Below are positions 17,165 to 25,755 of a stretch of DNA of 29,141 nt, piece by piece; position 1 is the first letter of the stretch, and each line of letters opens with the position of its first letter. Below the pieces are notes generated by a model, which saw nothing but the letters and a program-made list of their open reading frames with translations, had not been told where the DNA came from and did not search any database. The DNA is from a virus (Duplodnaviria; Caudoviricetes), in the IMG/VR virus record IMGVR_UViG_3300037182_000205, positions 1 through 29,141 of that record, one strand, 5' to 3'. Both the position numbers and the translations under genes were made by a program.

Positions 17165-17551
17165 TTAAACTGAGAAATTTCTGTCAGCCAACTGGAACCG
17201 ATACGTCGTGGCCCCCGGCATTGCTCCACCAGCCCAAAGCTGTAAATTGAGCGGCTGAAATTTTGGATTGACTGTTAGAACACACCTCGTTCCCTTGACC
17301 ATTTTACACTGGTATTTTTGCGGCACATCCGATACCAGAAACTCACATCGCTCAATCATTAGAAGTGAAGACCTGCCCGCGTTTCCATGCCCGATCATCC
17401 AATTGTCGTCAATCTTGGAATGAACGCATGGAACTGACGGCATCCCCGGAATATCCGGGAATGAAAGTTGCGCGGTGTTTTTTGCACTGCCGTCACCGAG
17501 CACGATCAATGCCTGACCGAGCATTTGAGCGTGAACTTCGTAGGGGTTCAA
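17165..17551 (-). CDS. Putative head-closure (gpFII-like) protein (128 aa)
   Basis: ATGA overlap with the portal stop; size and helix-then-beta-barrel pattern. Confidence 0.55.
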   Translation of the reverse strand: MNPYEVHAQMLGQALIVLGDGSAKNTAQLSFPDIPGMPSVPCVHSKIDDNWMIGHGNAGRSSLLMIERCEFLVSDVPQKYQCKMVKGTRCVLTVNPKFQPLNLQLWAGGAMPGATTYRFQLADRNFSV

Positions 17552-19533
17552 TGCGTTCCGTTTCCGTTGCGAGCCGTCCCATCGCCCTGGTTCGCAATCA
17601 AATCCATCGTGAACCGGCGTTGCCGCGCTGCGCGAACCGGGTTTGCCAGCTTCGTTTTTGGCTTGTTTGGCTCAAGATTGTTTTGCTCTTCCGGCTTCGG
17701 CTTCACCTCACCCGGTTCCCCCTTGCTGATTGTCGGGCGCGTCACATCGGCGTCACCGAAATACAATCCGTGAGTGGCCTGATCTTCGTTGGCCTCACCG
17801 ATCTCCGTGTAAAGGTCTTCAATGCTCTTTCCGTAAGGTAGCAGTTTTTGCACCTGTTGCGGCGACACGATGCCAGCTTCCAACATGATGATGAGCGTTT
17901 GCGCCTGAACCAGCGGATTGACAAACTCCCATCGGCGACCTTGAAATTCAGCGGCCTCGACATAATCCTCAAGTTTGGAAATACTAACACTGATTCCCGG
18001 ATACTTCTTTTCAAATCTCCCCGAAAGGATGGTGCTTCTCAACCATTTTTCAAACGTAGGATAAACCGCCGAGTCCAAAAAGTTTTGCTGCCGAACCATG
18101 TAATTATCCTGAGCCGGCCCGGAACACATGAGCGCCGCCGCAAAACCGAGATTCTGAAAATCCCCGGAAATATCCTGATAACGGATTCCGTTCGCAACCG
18201 CAACCTCTCGCAGACCGTCCATCTTAAATTCGTGCGCCGCTTCTATGGGGAACTTTGGATCGGTCTGCATCAACTCCAAACCGTAGGGAAGATTCAGCGT
18301 ATCCCCAGGCGTTTGCGTTGACGTGTTGGTCTGGTTCCCCATCTGGCGCTCGACCGCCCCGGCCTTTTTCTGATCTTGATTGGTGTATCCTGGCAATCCC
18401 TGATTCTGAAAGTTTTGCACCATCGCATCAAAATCAGTTGGCGTGAGTTGTAGCCCTGTGGGCATCATTTTTTTGTACCAAAACACCTTCATACACGAAG
18501 CCATTGCCGCGTATGTAAGCGCCTTTTCGTATTGAAACATCCGCCAGAGGGCTTGAACACTCGCGTCCAATTCCGTAAATCCCACATCCTGCTCCGCCCG
18601 ATACATCAGATTGTTGTAAAGTAGAATATCCTCCACCTTATGAAACACCCGGAAAAGTTGCGTGCCTGATTTCGCGCCAGAAAATGGGTATCCCGCCATG
18701 TTAAATCCGGCCATTTGACTCTGACCAAAGGCGTCCCCAGGGTGCATTGACAAAATCCAATAGCCAACAACCCGATTGGTTTCCTTGTCAAACTCGATGG
18801 AAAACCGAATCGGGTTTTGACGCTCGGATTTTCCGTAGTATTGCGTTTGGAGCCGGTCGCATTCCAAAAGCTCGACGGCGTAACCGAATGGATTGAACTT
18901 AAAATTGTCATGGTGCTTTTGGAGAATAAACCCGTCCCGGAAGGCGCTTATTTCCATAATCATCCAGGCCGACATGCGACTCATGTTGCCCTTGACAGTG
19001 AAGTTCTTTGGGCGTCCAAAAATGCGCCACTCCTTTTCAATCGCCTCATTCAATTCAACATCCTGCACGAACTTACGGTCCATTTTCCCAGTGGCCTCGT
19101 TTTTCTTGGTCTGATATGTGCCATACCGCATTTCCAGCTTGAACGGTTCCCACCCAATGACATTGTTGGCGACCGTGCGAAGTGTGGCCTTGCCGTGCGG
19201 TGTGTCCTTGGAAATTGTGCGGGCGCGGGCACGCGCGGTATAATCGCTGGAAATTATTTCAGCGTTGCCAGAGGTGTAAGTGCCTCGAAAATCACGATTC
19301 CAATTGGTTGTCGTTGCCGCGTCGTAGCTGCGTTTCATCTCGTCGTTTTGACCGAGCACCCTGTCCATCGTCCGTTTGGTTTCGGAGAACCTTTCGATTT
19401 GAGCGTTCACCGCCCGGATATGATCTGGAGAAATGTTGTCACGGAGCAGTTGCCGCGTATCGGCTGGAACCGTCTCGGAAATGGCGGGTTTTTCGGAACG
19501 GCCAAACAGAGTGCCTATCAATGGAAATTTCAT
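17548..19533 (-). CDS. Portal protein, lambda gpB family
   Basis: SYDAA, RARAR, VELLECDRL, RAEQDVG, YQDISGDF and WEFVNP motifs match lambda-type portals. Start trimmed to ATG 19533. Confidence 0.92.
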   Translation of the reverse strand: MKFPLIGTLFGRSEKPAISETVPADTRQLLRDNISPDHIRAVNAQIERFSETKRTMDRVLGQNDEMKRSYDAATTTNWNRDFRGTYTSGNAEIISSDYTARARARTISKDTPHGKATLRTVANNVIGWEPFKLEMRYGTYQTKKNEATGKMDRKFVQDVELNEAIEKEWRIFGRPKNFTVKGNMSRMSAWMIMEISAFRDGFILQKHHDNFKFNPFGYAVELLECDRLQTQYYGKSERQNPIRFSIEFDKETNRVVGYWILSMHPGDAFGQSQMAGFNMAGYPFSGAKSGTQLFRVFHKVEDILLYNNLMYRAEQDVGFTELDASVQALWRMFQYEKALTYAAMASCMKVFWYKKMMPTGLQLTPTDFDAMVQNFQNQGLPGYTNQDQKKAGAVERQMGNQTNTSTQTPGDTLNLPYGLELMQTDPKFPIEAAHEFKMDGLREVAVANGIRYQDISGDFQNLGFAAALMCSGPAQDNYMVRQQNFLDSAVYPTFEKWLRSTILSGRFEKKYPGISVSISKLEDYVEAAEFQGRRWEFVNPLVQAQTLIIMLEAGIVSPQQVQKLLPYGKSIEDLYTEIGEANEDQATHGLYFGDADVTRPTISKGEPGEVKPKPEEQNNLEPNKPKTKLANPVRAARQRRFTMDLIANQGDGTARNGNGTH

Positions 19534-19538
19534 CACAG

Positions 19539-20147
19539 TTAGAAGTTGCCGGCCATTACCGGGTGAATGTTGAATTGATCTGCCCCGGTGTTGGCTTGGC
19601 GCTGGACTTGAAGTTCGCTGTATCGCTTTTCCAGATACCACTTGTATTCATCGGTCAGCTTATCGCGTTGAACGATTATCATCCGGGACCGTTCAAGCTC
19701 CGTTTCCGCCAAGTTATGCTGCGCGAGTTCTTCAAGACGGGCCTCAAGCAATGGAAGCATCCGCTGAGCATGAGTTGTAATCGGCCCCACCGCCAGGCCG
19801 TCTGCAAGGTCTGGCCCGACTTCCAATTTCGCGTAGTAAATTTGATGCTTTTCTCCGGGATTGACGCCGCCAGCCTGGCAGACAATTTCTTCTGTGAGGA
19901 TGTAATCGCCATTCGCCGTACCTTGCAGGAAATTAAGAACGGTGACGACATGAAATTTACCAGTAGCATCCGGCTGGCTGATGTATTGGGTGATAATCTT
20001 CGCCCCGTTGGCGGTTGGAAGTGAAACCGTCCCCTGCACTTGCCATCCGTCAGATGGAAGATAGGCTGGCAGTGACCGCTGAAAAATCAGCGAGTCCCCT
20101 GGCACAAAATTTTCAGGCTCGCGCCAAATAATCGGTGGCTCGTTCAC
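19539..20147 (-). CDS. Head-tail joining protein (gpW-like position, extended N-terminus)
   Basis: Immediately upstream of the portal; EP..F..GD N-terminus and helix-hairpin-helix C-terminal half. Confidence 0.7.
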   Translation of the reverse strand: MNEPPIIWREPENFVPGDSLIFQRSLPAYLPSDGWQVQGTVSLPTANGAKIITQYISQPDATGKFHVVTVLNFLQGTANGDYILTEEIVCQAGGVNPGEKHQIYYAKLEVGPDLADGLAVGPITTHAQRMLPLLEARLEELAQHNLAETELERSRMIIVQRDKLTDEYKWYLEKRYSELQVQRQANTGADQFNIHPVMAGNF

Positions 20148-20180
20148 AAAAACGGGCCAGAGTCAAAGAATGATTGCCCA

Positions 20181-20453
20181 TTATCCAGGCAACATCTTCG
20201 CGGTAACAATCCGGCTTTTCTCAACAAACTCCCCGCACCAGGCCGCCATTGAAACAATCGGGAACTGCACTGACGGCACCATAATCGGATTGCTGTTTGG
20301 GTGTTCGTGGACTTGAAACATTTGAATTGTCGGAGGATAGCGCCGGCAAAAGCCGACGTTCTGTTGCGCGGCGATCCAAAATTTACAATGGGCGCAATTT
20401 TCCCGCGATGCGGCTGCTTGCGCAATGGGTTGGGATGTTTCGTTGGCTGTCAT
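20181..20453 (-). CDS. Small four-Cys metal-binding phage protein
   Basis: CAHCKFW...CRRYPP...WCGEF motif. Confidence 0.8.
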   Translation of the reverse strand: MTANETSQPIAQAAASRENCAHCKFWIAAQQNVGFCRRYPPTIQMFQVHEHPNSNPIMVPSVQFPIVSMAAWCGEFVEKSRIVTAKMLPG

Positions 20454-20516
20454 TATTTTTTGTCCTCCATAATCATCGGCGGTTGAATCAATTGATAAAC
20501 CGGAACGAACACTGGG

Positions 20517-20831
20517 TTAACTCCAAATCTGAGGATCAACCCGGCGCGCAACCCTCACGGCGAGAATGGCTTGGATGTCGTGAACAGCCTTGCGCACAGA
20601 ATCGAGATCGTCCTTCACCAACTCATCTGGCTGCTCGATGGGGAGGTGGTTGTAGAAACACCAGAAGTCTTTAAGTTTTTGTAGGCAAAGCCTTTCTTGT
20701 GTTGTCATTCCAAATTGCTTCAAGAATGTGTCTGTCTGCATAATCCGGGATCGCAAGGCAGCCCGCAGTATGGCGGACTCAGCCTCGGCTTCCGGGTGTA
20801 AAGCGTTGAAGCGAGCGTTTGGATTTTTCAT
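20517..20831 (-). CDS. Hypothetical helical protein
   Basis: ATG 20831 follows the terminase stop; helical hairpin pattern. Confidence 0.65.
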   Translation of the reverse strand: MKNPNARFNALHPEAEAESAILRAALRSRIMQTDTFLKQFGMTTQERLCLQKLKDFWCFYNHLPIEQPDELVKDDLDSVRKAVHDIQAILAVRVARRVDPQIWS

Positions 20832-20845
20832 ATTCGTGGTTTTGG

Positions 20846-22918
20846 TTATTTCGTTTCCTCGTTTTGAGTCGGCGGCTCGTAAATTCCCTGCCTCCCAAGT
20901 TTTGAATCCATCCATTGCCTGACCACCAACGCCTGCTCACACCATCGGTAATGGTCATCCGGCCTCATTTCCACATAGGCATTTCTCGCCACGTCAAACT
21001 CTTGCGCGTTCATCTGGTTTTCGTAAGTCCGCATTCCGCGCTCCTCATTCAACGTAAGCGTGTCCGGCTCTCCATTTGGCAGCTTCAATTCACCCCGGCC
21101 CAAGACTTCAAATTTAGGTGCTCCATCCGCGCCGCCGCTGGATCGAATTAAGTCCATTTGCTGCATGGCGACTGTTTTGTCAAACCGGATTTTCACCAAC
21201 GGCACTCGAATGTAAGTTCCGTCCGGTTGTTGAAAATTCATAGTTTCGTCAAGTTCGGGTGAATAATGTCGCACGATATGATCGGTATGCTTGAACGCAA
21301 ACCTCTTGTTTTCGGTTTGAAAGAGTTTCCACGTCACCATCTCCGGCCTCATCCCAAAAAGAACATGAGGACGAATTCTGGCGCGTTCTTCTCGAAACCG
21401 GCAGGCGAGCGCCTTCACCTGTTGCGGCCAATGCTGCACATCAATGCACACGCGGTCATTTGGGATTTTCCAGCGATGCTGCACAGCAACCACGTCCTCA
21501 ATACTCTTGGCGTAGCCCCGCGCCAGTTGCCATGAATTGCTCCGAACGTCATACACCCGAGCCACATACCAAAACCAACCGGTGATGGATTGGCCGGTTT
21601 TCGCCTTATGATCCAAATTTTCCTGGCAGTCAATCGCCATATCTCGACTTGCCTCATCAGCTACAATTTTATTCGGGTCATAACTTCCGGGAGCAACTGT
21701 AATCGCGGTCGCTGTGGATTTACGAACATCCCACGATTCACCGCAAAACTTCGTGTCAAAATCCTGCATCGGTTGGAAATTCTTGGCCCGCCTGGCAAGC
21801 ATGGCGTTACGAAAAGCCAGCATTTGATCTCCCCAATGAATGTCTGGTTTTGGATTGATCCAAATTGGAATGGAATAGCCCGGATTGGCCGGGTTCGCCG
21901 TAGGGCGATCTGGTATCCAGTTTTCGTCCAACCCGGCTTCCATGTCTAAATATCTCCGGGTGTTTGGGGTATCATGCCACTCGCTTCCGCAGGCTGGACA
22001 TTCATAAACCGTAGTTTGGACGATGGCACTTTCATTCAGCGTCCCATCCTCAAGATTAAAAATTCCATCCGCGTGTTTGAACCCGCAATGCCTGCGCTTT
22101 TCAGAAAGAAGGATGGCCCGATGATGTGAAATCCACGCATCCCGGTCAAGGGATGGGATTGATAGTGGAGCAACAATTTCGGATTGTTCATTTCTCTCGT
22201 GGTTAAACTTAAACCGAATGCGCGTGCCGCATTCCTGACAGCGAACATGCAGCTTCATTTCGTTGGTTGTCCGCATGAACTTCTCAAAATTATCGAACGG
22301 CTCTCCCGCATTTAGCAACCCTCCCTGGCTTTCGATATACCAAAACTCCGCATTTCGATTTTGCGTTGACCGCACAAAGGCGCGTTCGATGATGTTGTCA
22401 TTTCCAGAAAGTGCAGCATCAGAAATCATGCCGATGGATACTGGAAAGCTCTGAACCCACGTCTCATTAAGCGGACACGCGCGGAAAATCATGCCCGGAA
22501 ACCTGACACCTTTCTTACCAATATCATGCCGGCCATTGGGGGTTTCCATCATGGCCTGCATAATCGCCCCGATTTGCGGAACCTTTTTAAGCCATGGCAG
22601 GAGCCTGTTGAAAATATGATCGTCCCTCTTCATTTCCGTCCAGTCGTAAATGACCGTATCAGCAGGAGTATAACGCCATCGGTAAATCATCATCAACTCC
22701 CCCGCGCGCGTCTTGCCGATTTGATTTGCCGCCCGGCATCCAATGCGGCGCGTCGTTGGCAGGATGGATTTGCGCAACATTGGCCTGTGGAAATGACACT
22801 TAAGATATTGCGCCACGCTCTCATCCCCAATGTCCATGTCATATACCTGCCCCCGGAATCTGGGCGGGAAGGCTCTGAGTGCGGCGCGGTCGTCGGAAGT
22901 CAGATTGCTATCACTCAT
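20846..22918 (-). CDS. terL: Terminase large subunit, lambda gpA-like
   Basis: Walker A-like ANQIGKT; CQECG and CPACG zinc motifs; nuclease MAIDCQ, CID and C-terminal DHYRWCE; located upstream of the portal. Confidence 0.9.
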   Translation of the reverse strand: MSDSNLTSDDRAALRAFPPRFRGQVYDMDIGDESVAQYLKCHFHRPMLRKSILPTTRRIGCRAANQIGKTRAGELMMIYRWRYTPADTVIYDWTEMKRDDHIFNRLLPWLKKVPQIGAIMQAMMETPNGRHDIGKKGVRFPGMIFRACPLNETWVQSFPVSIGMISDAALSGNDNIIERAFVRSTQNRNAEFWYIESQGGLLNAGEPFDNFEKFMRTTNEMKLHVRCQECGTRIRFKFNHERNEQSEIVAPLSIPSLDRDAWISHHRAILLSEKRRHCGFKHADGIFNLEDGTLNESAIVQTTVYECPACGSEWHDTPNTRRYLDMEAGLDENWIPDRPTANPANPGYSIPIWINPKPDIHWGDQMLAFRNAMLARRAKNFQPMQDFDTKFCGESWDVRKSTATAITVAPGSYDPNKIVADEASRDMAIDCQENLDHKAKTGQSITGWFWYVARVYDVRSNSWQLARGYAKSIEDVVAVQHRWKIPNDRVCIDVQHWPQQVKALACRFREERARIRPHVLFGMRPEMVTWKLFQTENKRFAFKHTDHIVRHYSPELDETMNFQQPDGTYIRVPLVKIRFDKTVAMQQMDLIRSSGGADGAPKFEVLGRGELKLPNGEPDTLTLNEERGMRTYENQMNAQEFDVARNAYVEMRPDDHYRWCEQALVVRQWMDSKLGRQGIYEPPTQNEETK

Positions 22919-23595
22919 GTTATCGCCCGCACATTCTCCAAAGACTTTGCCTCCGATTCGTCAAAATCATTTTCAACCGTTGCATTTTCTGCAACAGTTG
23001 GCCCTTTAATTTCCGCCTCCACTTCCTGTTGCACTGTGTCAACTTCTTCCGCCGCCATTGCGTAAATCTCTTTCATCGCCGCATCCAGCGCCGACGCATC
23101 CATTCGGCTGCGTAAGATGTCCGCCACTCGCGCTGGAAACACATGCTCAAGCCGCTTCCAAAACTTTTGCGATAGGAAAGATACCAACCGCTCCATGCCG
23201 GCCTGACTTTCATCGCGCAACACCCATCGCTTATCCGGGTCTGTCTCACGCCGATAGTTTTCCAACTCAAGCCCGCCAAGTAGGGCTTGGTTTTTTTCCC
23301 TTAACGCCCTCCAGTCCTGATCCTCATACCCACCCTCTCCCGGCCCTCCAATCGCCATAGCGCCACCCTTGCGGCAATAGAGCGCAACCCAATCCTCAAT
23401 GGCAGTCCAATTCCAGTTGCAACTTCCAGTCTTTGTCGGGAACAACCCAACGCCATCCGGGAGTCGCTTGCCCTCTTGCCACCGCTTGATGTGCGCGGCG
23501 GTTATCGGCTTTATCAGTGCCTTAAAATCCGCGCTGATATTGGCCGCAATAACCTCGATCTTGCCGGAAACCCTTTTGTGTTTCGGAATATTCAC
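22915..23595 (-). CDS. terS: Terminase small subunit (Nu1-like)
   Basis: Overlaps the terL start; N-terminal winged-HTH-like region (HIKRW...FP...IEDWV) followed by coiled coil. Confidence 0.7.
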   Translation of the reverse strand: MNIPKHKRVSGKIEVIAANISADFKALIKPITAAHIKRWQEGKRLPDGVGLFPTKTGSCNWNWTAIEDWVALYCRKGGAMAIGGPGEGGYEDQDWRALREKNQALLGGLELENYRRETDPDKRWVLRDESQAGMERLVSFLSQKFWKRLEHVFPARVADILRSRMDASALDAAMKEIYAMAAEEVDTVQQEVEAEIKGPTVAENATVENDFDESEAKSLENVRAIT

Positions 23596-24230
23596 AATTT
23601 AAGCAGCCTTTTCAGCCTCAAAACCGCCTCGATTCCAGGGCCGCATTTCGCCGCCAGCACAGGACGCAAATCTTCCCTGAAAAACCCATCCGGTCCATCC
23701 GGCATATAGACTCCACTGTGCTCCACCTCCGAAACCAAAGCCTCAAAATCCACGCGGGTGAACGCATCTTGAGTCTTTGCCATTGCGTCAGGGATTTCAT
23801 GCGACTTTTGTTCTTCTCGTTTTTTTGACATTCCGACAAGGAATTCGAGTTCGTTCCGACATTCCCGAACTTCCGTAATAAGTGTGATTTCATCCGGGAA
23901 TTTCCGGGCAACGGCGATGCACCGGCTCGCCTCCCAAAAACTCATGTGGATTTGATCGTAGGCGCTTCCCGAAAGCTGCTCCAAAAAATCTTCGGTGATT
24001 TTCTTGCCGGCCAGTTTTTCACCAATGGAAATAAGATCGGAACCGACTTGGCGCACATCATCTGCAATTCCAAGTTGCATTTGACGGAAACCCTTCAATC
24101 GTTCCCTGACTCCCTCCCAACGCTTTGACGCGCGCTTCACCAATAATCGGAATTCAGAAAGTTCATTTTTTGGAAGCGTGGCAAGGTGCTGATCGAGGGG
24201 AGACGTTTTGACAATTGCTGTAGTGCTCAT
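23592..24230 (-). CDS. Hypothetical protein (212 aa)
   Basis: Translationally coupled on both sides; helical. Confidence 0.75.
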   Translation of the reverse strand: MSTTAIVKTSPLDQHLATLPKNELSEFRLLVKRASKRWEGVRERLKGFRQMQLGIADDVRQVGSDLISIGEKLAGKKITEDFLEQLSGSAYDQIHMSFWEASRCIAVARKFPDEITLITEVRECRNELEFLVGMSKKREEQKSHEIPDAMAKTQDAFTRVDFEALVSEVEHSGVYMPDGPDGFFREDLRPVLAAKCGPGIEAVLRLKRLLKL

Positions 24231-24808
24231 GGGGTTTGTTTTTTCTTTCCGATTTGTTTTCGTCGGCTCACTTCCATTTTTTGACAGGCAACCTCCTGGC
24301 GCTGATCCAATCTCGGCGGATAATGTAGCTCGGCTTGAATTTGCTTTACTCTTTTATTTACGGTCGCCTTCCGCACATCATACGCGCGGGCGGCCTGGCT
24401 CATGTCCATGTTCCCGTTGATGGCGTCCGCAAGCGGATCTCCCAGACAGTGGAGTGTGCAAAACACGGTCAGCGCGTCAGGTGATTTTTTGATAATGCGC
24501 CACAAATCCACTGTCTTAGAAAGTAATTTTGGGGTTTCATCATCAATTGTAAATGCGCGGCGGGCCTTCGGAATAACACCTTTATCCTCAAGCCATTCGA
24601 TTACTTCGATCCAAAACGCTACCGGGCCAAGCTTTTCCGTTGCCGTGTCTGGCCGGCTGAACACCTCAGCAAGCCGATTAGCGAGTTGATGGTCGCTGGC
24701 GAATAGTTCCGCATCGTTTTGACTTTCCTTATGTGAGCATAAATTCGACAGTGGCCCAGGCGCAGGGTTAGAATCACGATTCGCAATTAAAACAGCATCG
24801 CTAAACAT
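24227..24808 (-). CDS. HTH protein (sigma region-4-like), candidate late-gene regulator
   Basis: MDMSQAARAYDVRKATVNKRVKQIQAEL HTH; located between replication and packaging modules. Confidence 0.65.
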   Translation of the reverse strand: MFSDAVLIANRDSNPAPGPLSNLCSHKESQNDAELFASDHQLANRLAEVFSRPDTATEKLGPVAFWIEVIEWLEDKGVIPKARRAFTIDDETPKLLSKTVDLWRIIKKSPDALTVFCTLHCLGDPLADAINGNMDMSQAARAYDVRKATVNKRVKQIQAELHYPPRLDQRQEVACQKMEVSRRKQIGKKKQTP

Positions 24809-24827
24809 TACTACGGGTTTTACCGTA

Positions 24828-25037
24828 TTACGGATCGGTTGTCAATGGCGTTTTTGTTTGACGATCAGCGCGCATGACCCTGTTCTGGAAGTCGCTAACG
24901 TTTTCACTGTTGGCAATAGACAGGGCGGCGCTTTTAACAAGCCAGCCTTTTTTGAACCCGTACGCGACAATGCGCCGGACTTCCGCGATTGGGAACGGGC
25001 CGACGTGGGTGAGTGGTTGGGGAATAATGTCAGTCAT
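24828..25037 (-). CDS. Hypothetical protein
   Basis: MTDIIPQP... after an A-rich leader. Confidence 0.5.
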   Translation of the reverse strand: MTDIIPQPLTHVGPFPIAEVRRIVAYGFKKGWLVKSAALSIANSENVSDFQNRVMRADRQTKTPLTTDP

Positions 25038-25086
25038 AATTTTGTAAAATTGGCGGGAGTGGACAGCCCCCACCGTTTGGTTTTGG

Positions 25087-25227
25087 TTATTCCTCTCCGG
25101 TTCCCTGTTTGACGTGCGGCGGTTCCTCGTCGCCAACCGCGTCGTTAAATGTGTGTTTGACGGGATAAACCAGAACCTTGAAGTCCTGCCGTGGAGTTTT
25201 CTTCGTGTTGTCTTTATTTTTGCTCAT
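25087..25227 (-). CDS. Small hypothetical protein (46 aa)
   Basis: MSKNKDNTKK... after an A/C-rich leader. Confidence 0.45.
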   Translation of the reverse strand: MSKNKDNTKKTPRQDFKVLVYPVKHTFNDAVGDEEPPHVKQGTGEE

Positions 25228-25375
25228 AATTTCGTTTGTGGGTTTCGGTTGAGTTGGATTATGCCGCCTGGTTCTGCAAGACATTCTTCCGGGCGTCAAT
25301 GCCGTCCTGGACGAGCCGTAGGGTGTCCAGCGTGGTGATCTTGCTGATTTTGACGATGAGGGCGTTGGCGAGTTT

Positions 25376-25573
25376 TCATATTTTCATTTCTGTTTGCACG
25401 ACCGGCAAGTCCGCGACCGTGAAGTGCCATCCCATGCTTTGCTTACTTTTGTTCCGGTTTGCCCACGGCGGGATCATAATCTGGACGTATTTGCCTTGGG
25501 CCTTGAGTTTGGTGACGACCTTTTCAAAGTCTGCTTCGGTCACGTCAAGTTCGTTGGGGGTGAGTGTAATCAT
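25376..25573 (-). CDS. Hypothetical protein (65 aa)
   Basis: ATGA overlap with the upstream gene; GGGAG SD-like sequence. Confidence 0.6.
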   Translation of the reverse strand: MITLTPNELDVTEADFEKVVTKLKAQGKYVQIMIPPWANRNKSKQSMGWHFTVADLPVVQTEMKI

Positions 25574-25755
25574 GATTTGATACTCCCTTTCTTAAACTCC
25601 AGCCACGCCGCCAACTCCACCTGCCATTCCGGCACACCGGGATTCTTTCGCATGATCTCCTCCCTGTTGACGGCCCACCATGCCGCAAACGCATCGTGCA
25701 ACTTGCGTGACGACTCATCGAATTGGAGGGCAGCTTGATCGTTAGTCGTTGTCAT
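25570..25755 (-). CDS. Hypothetical protein
   Basis: GGAGG SD before ATG 25755, overlapping the dnaB end. Confidence 0.6.
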   Translation of the reverse strand: MTTTNDQAALQFDESSRKLHDAFAAWWAVNREEIMRKNPGVPEWQVELAAWLEFKKGSIKS

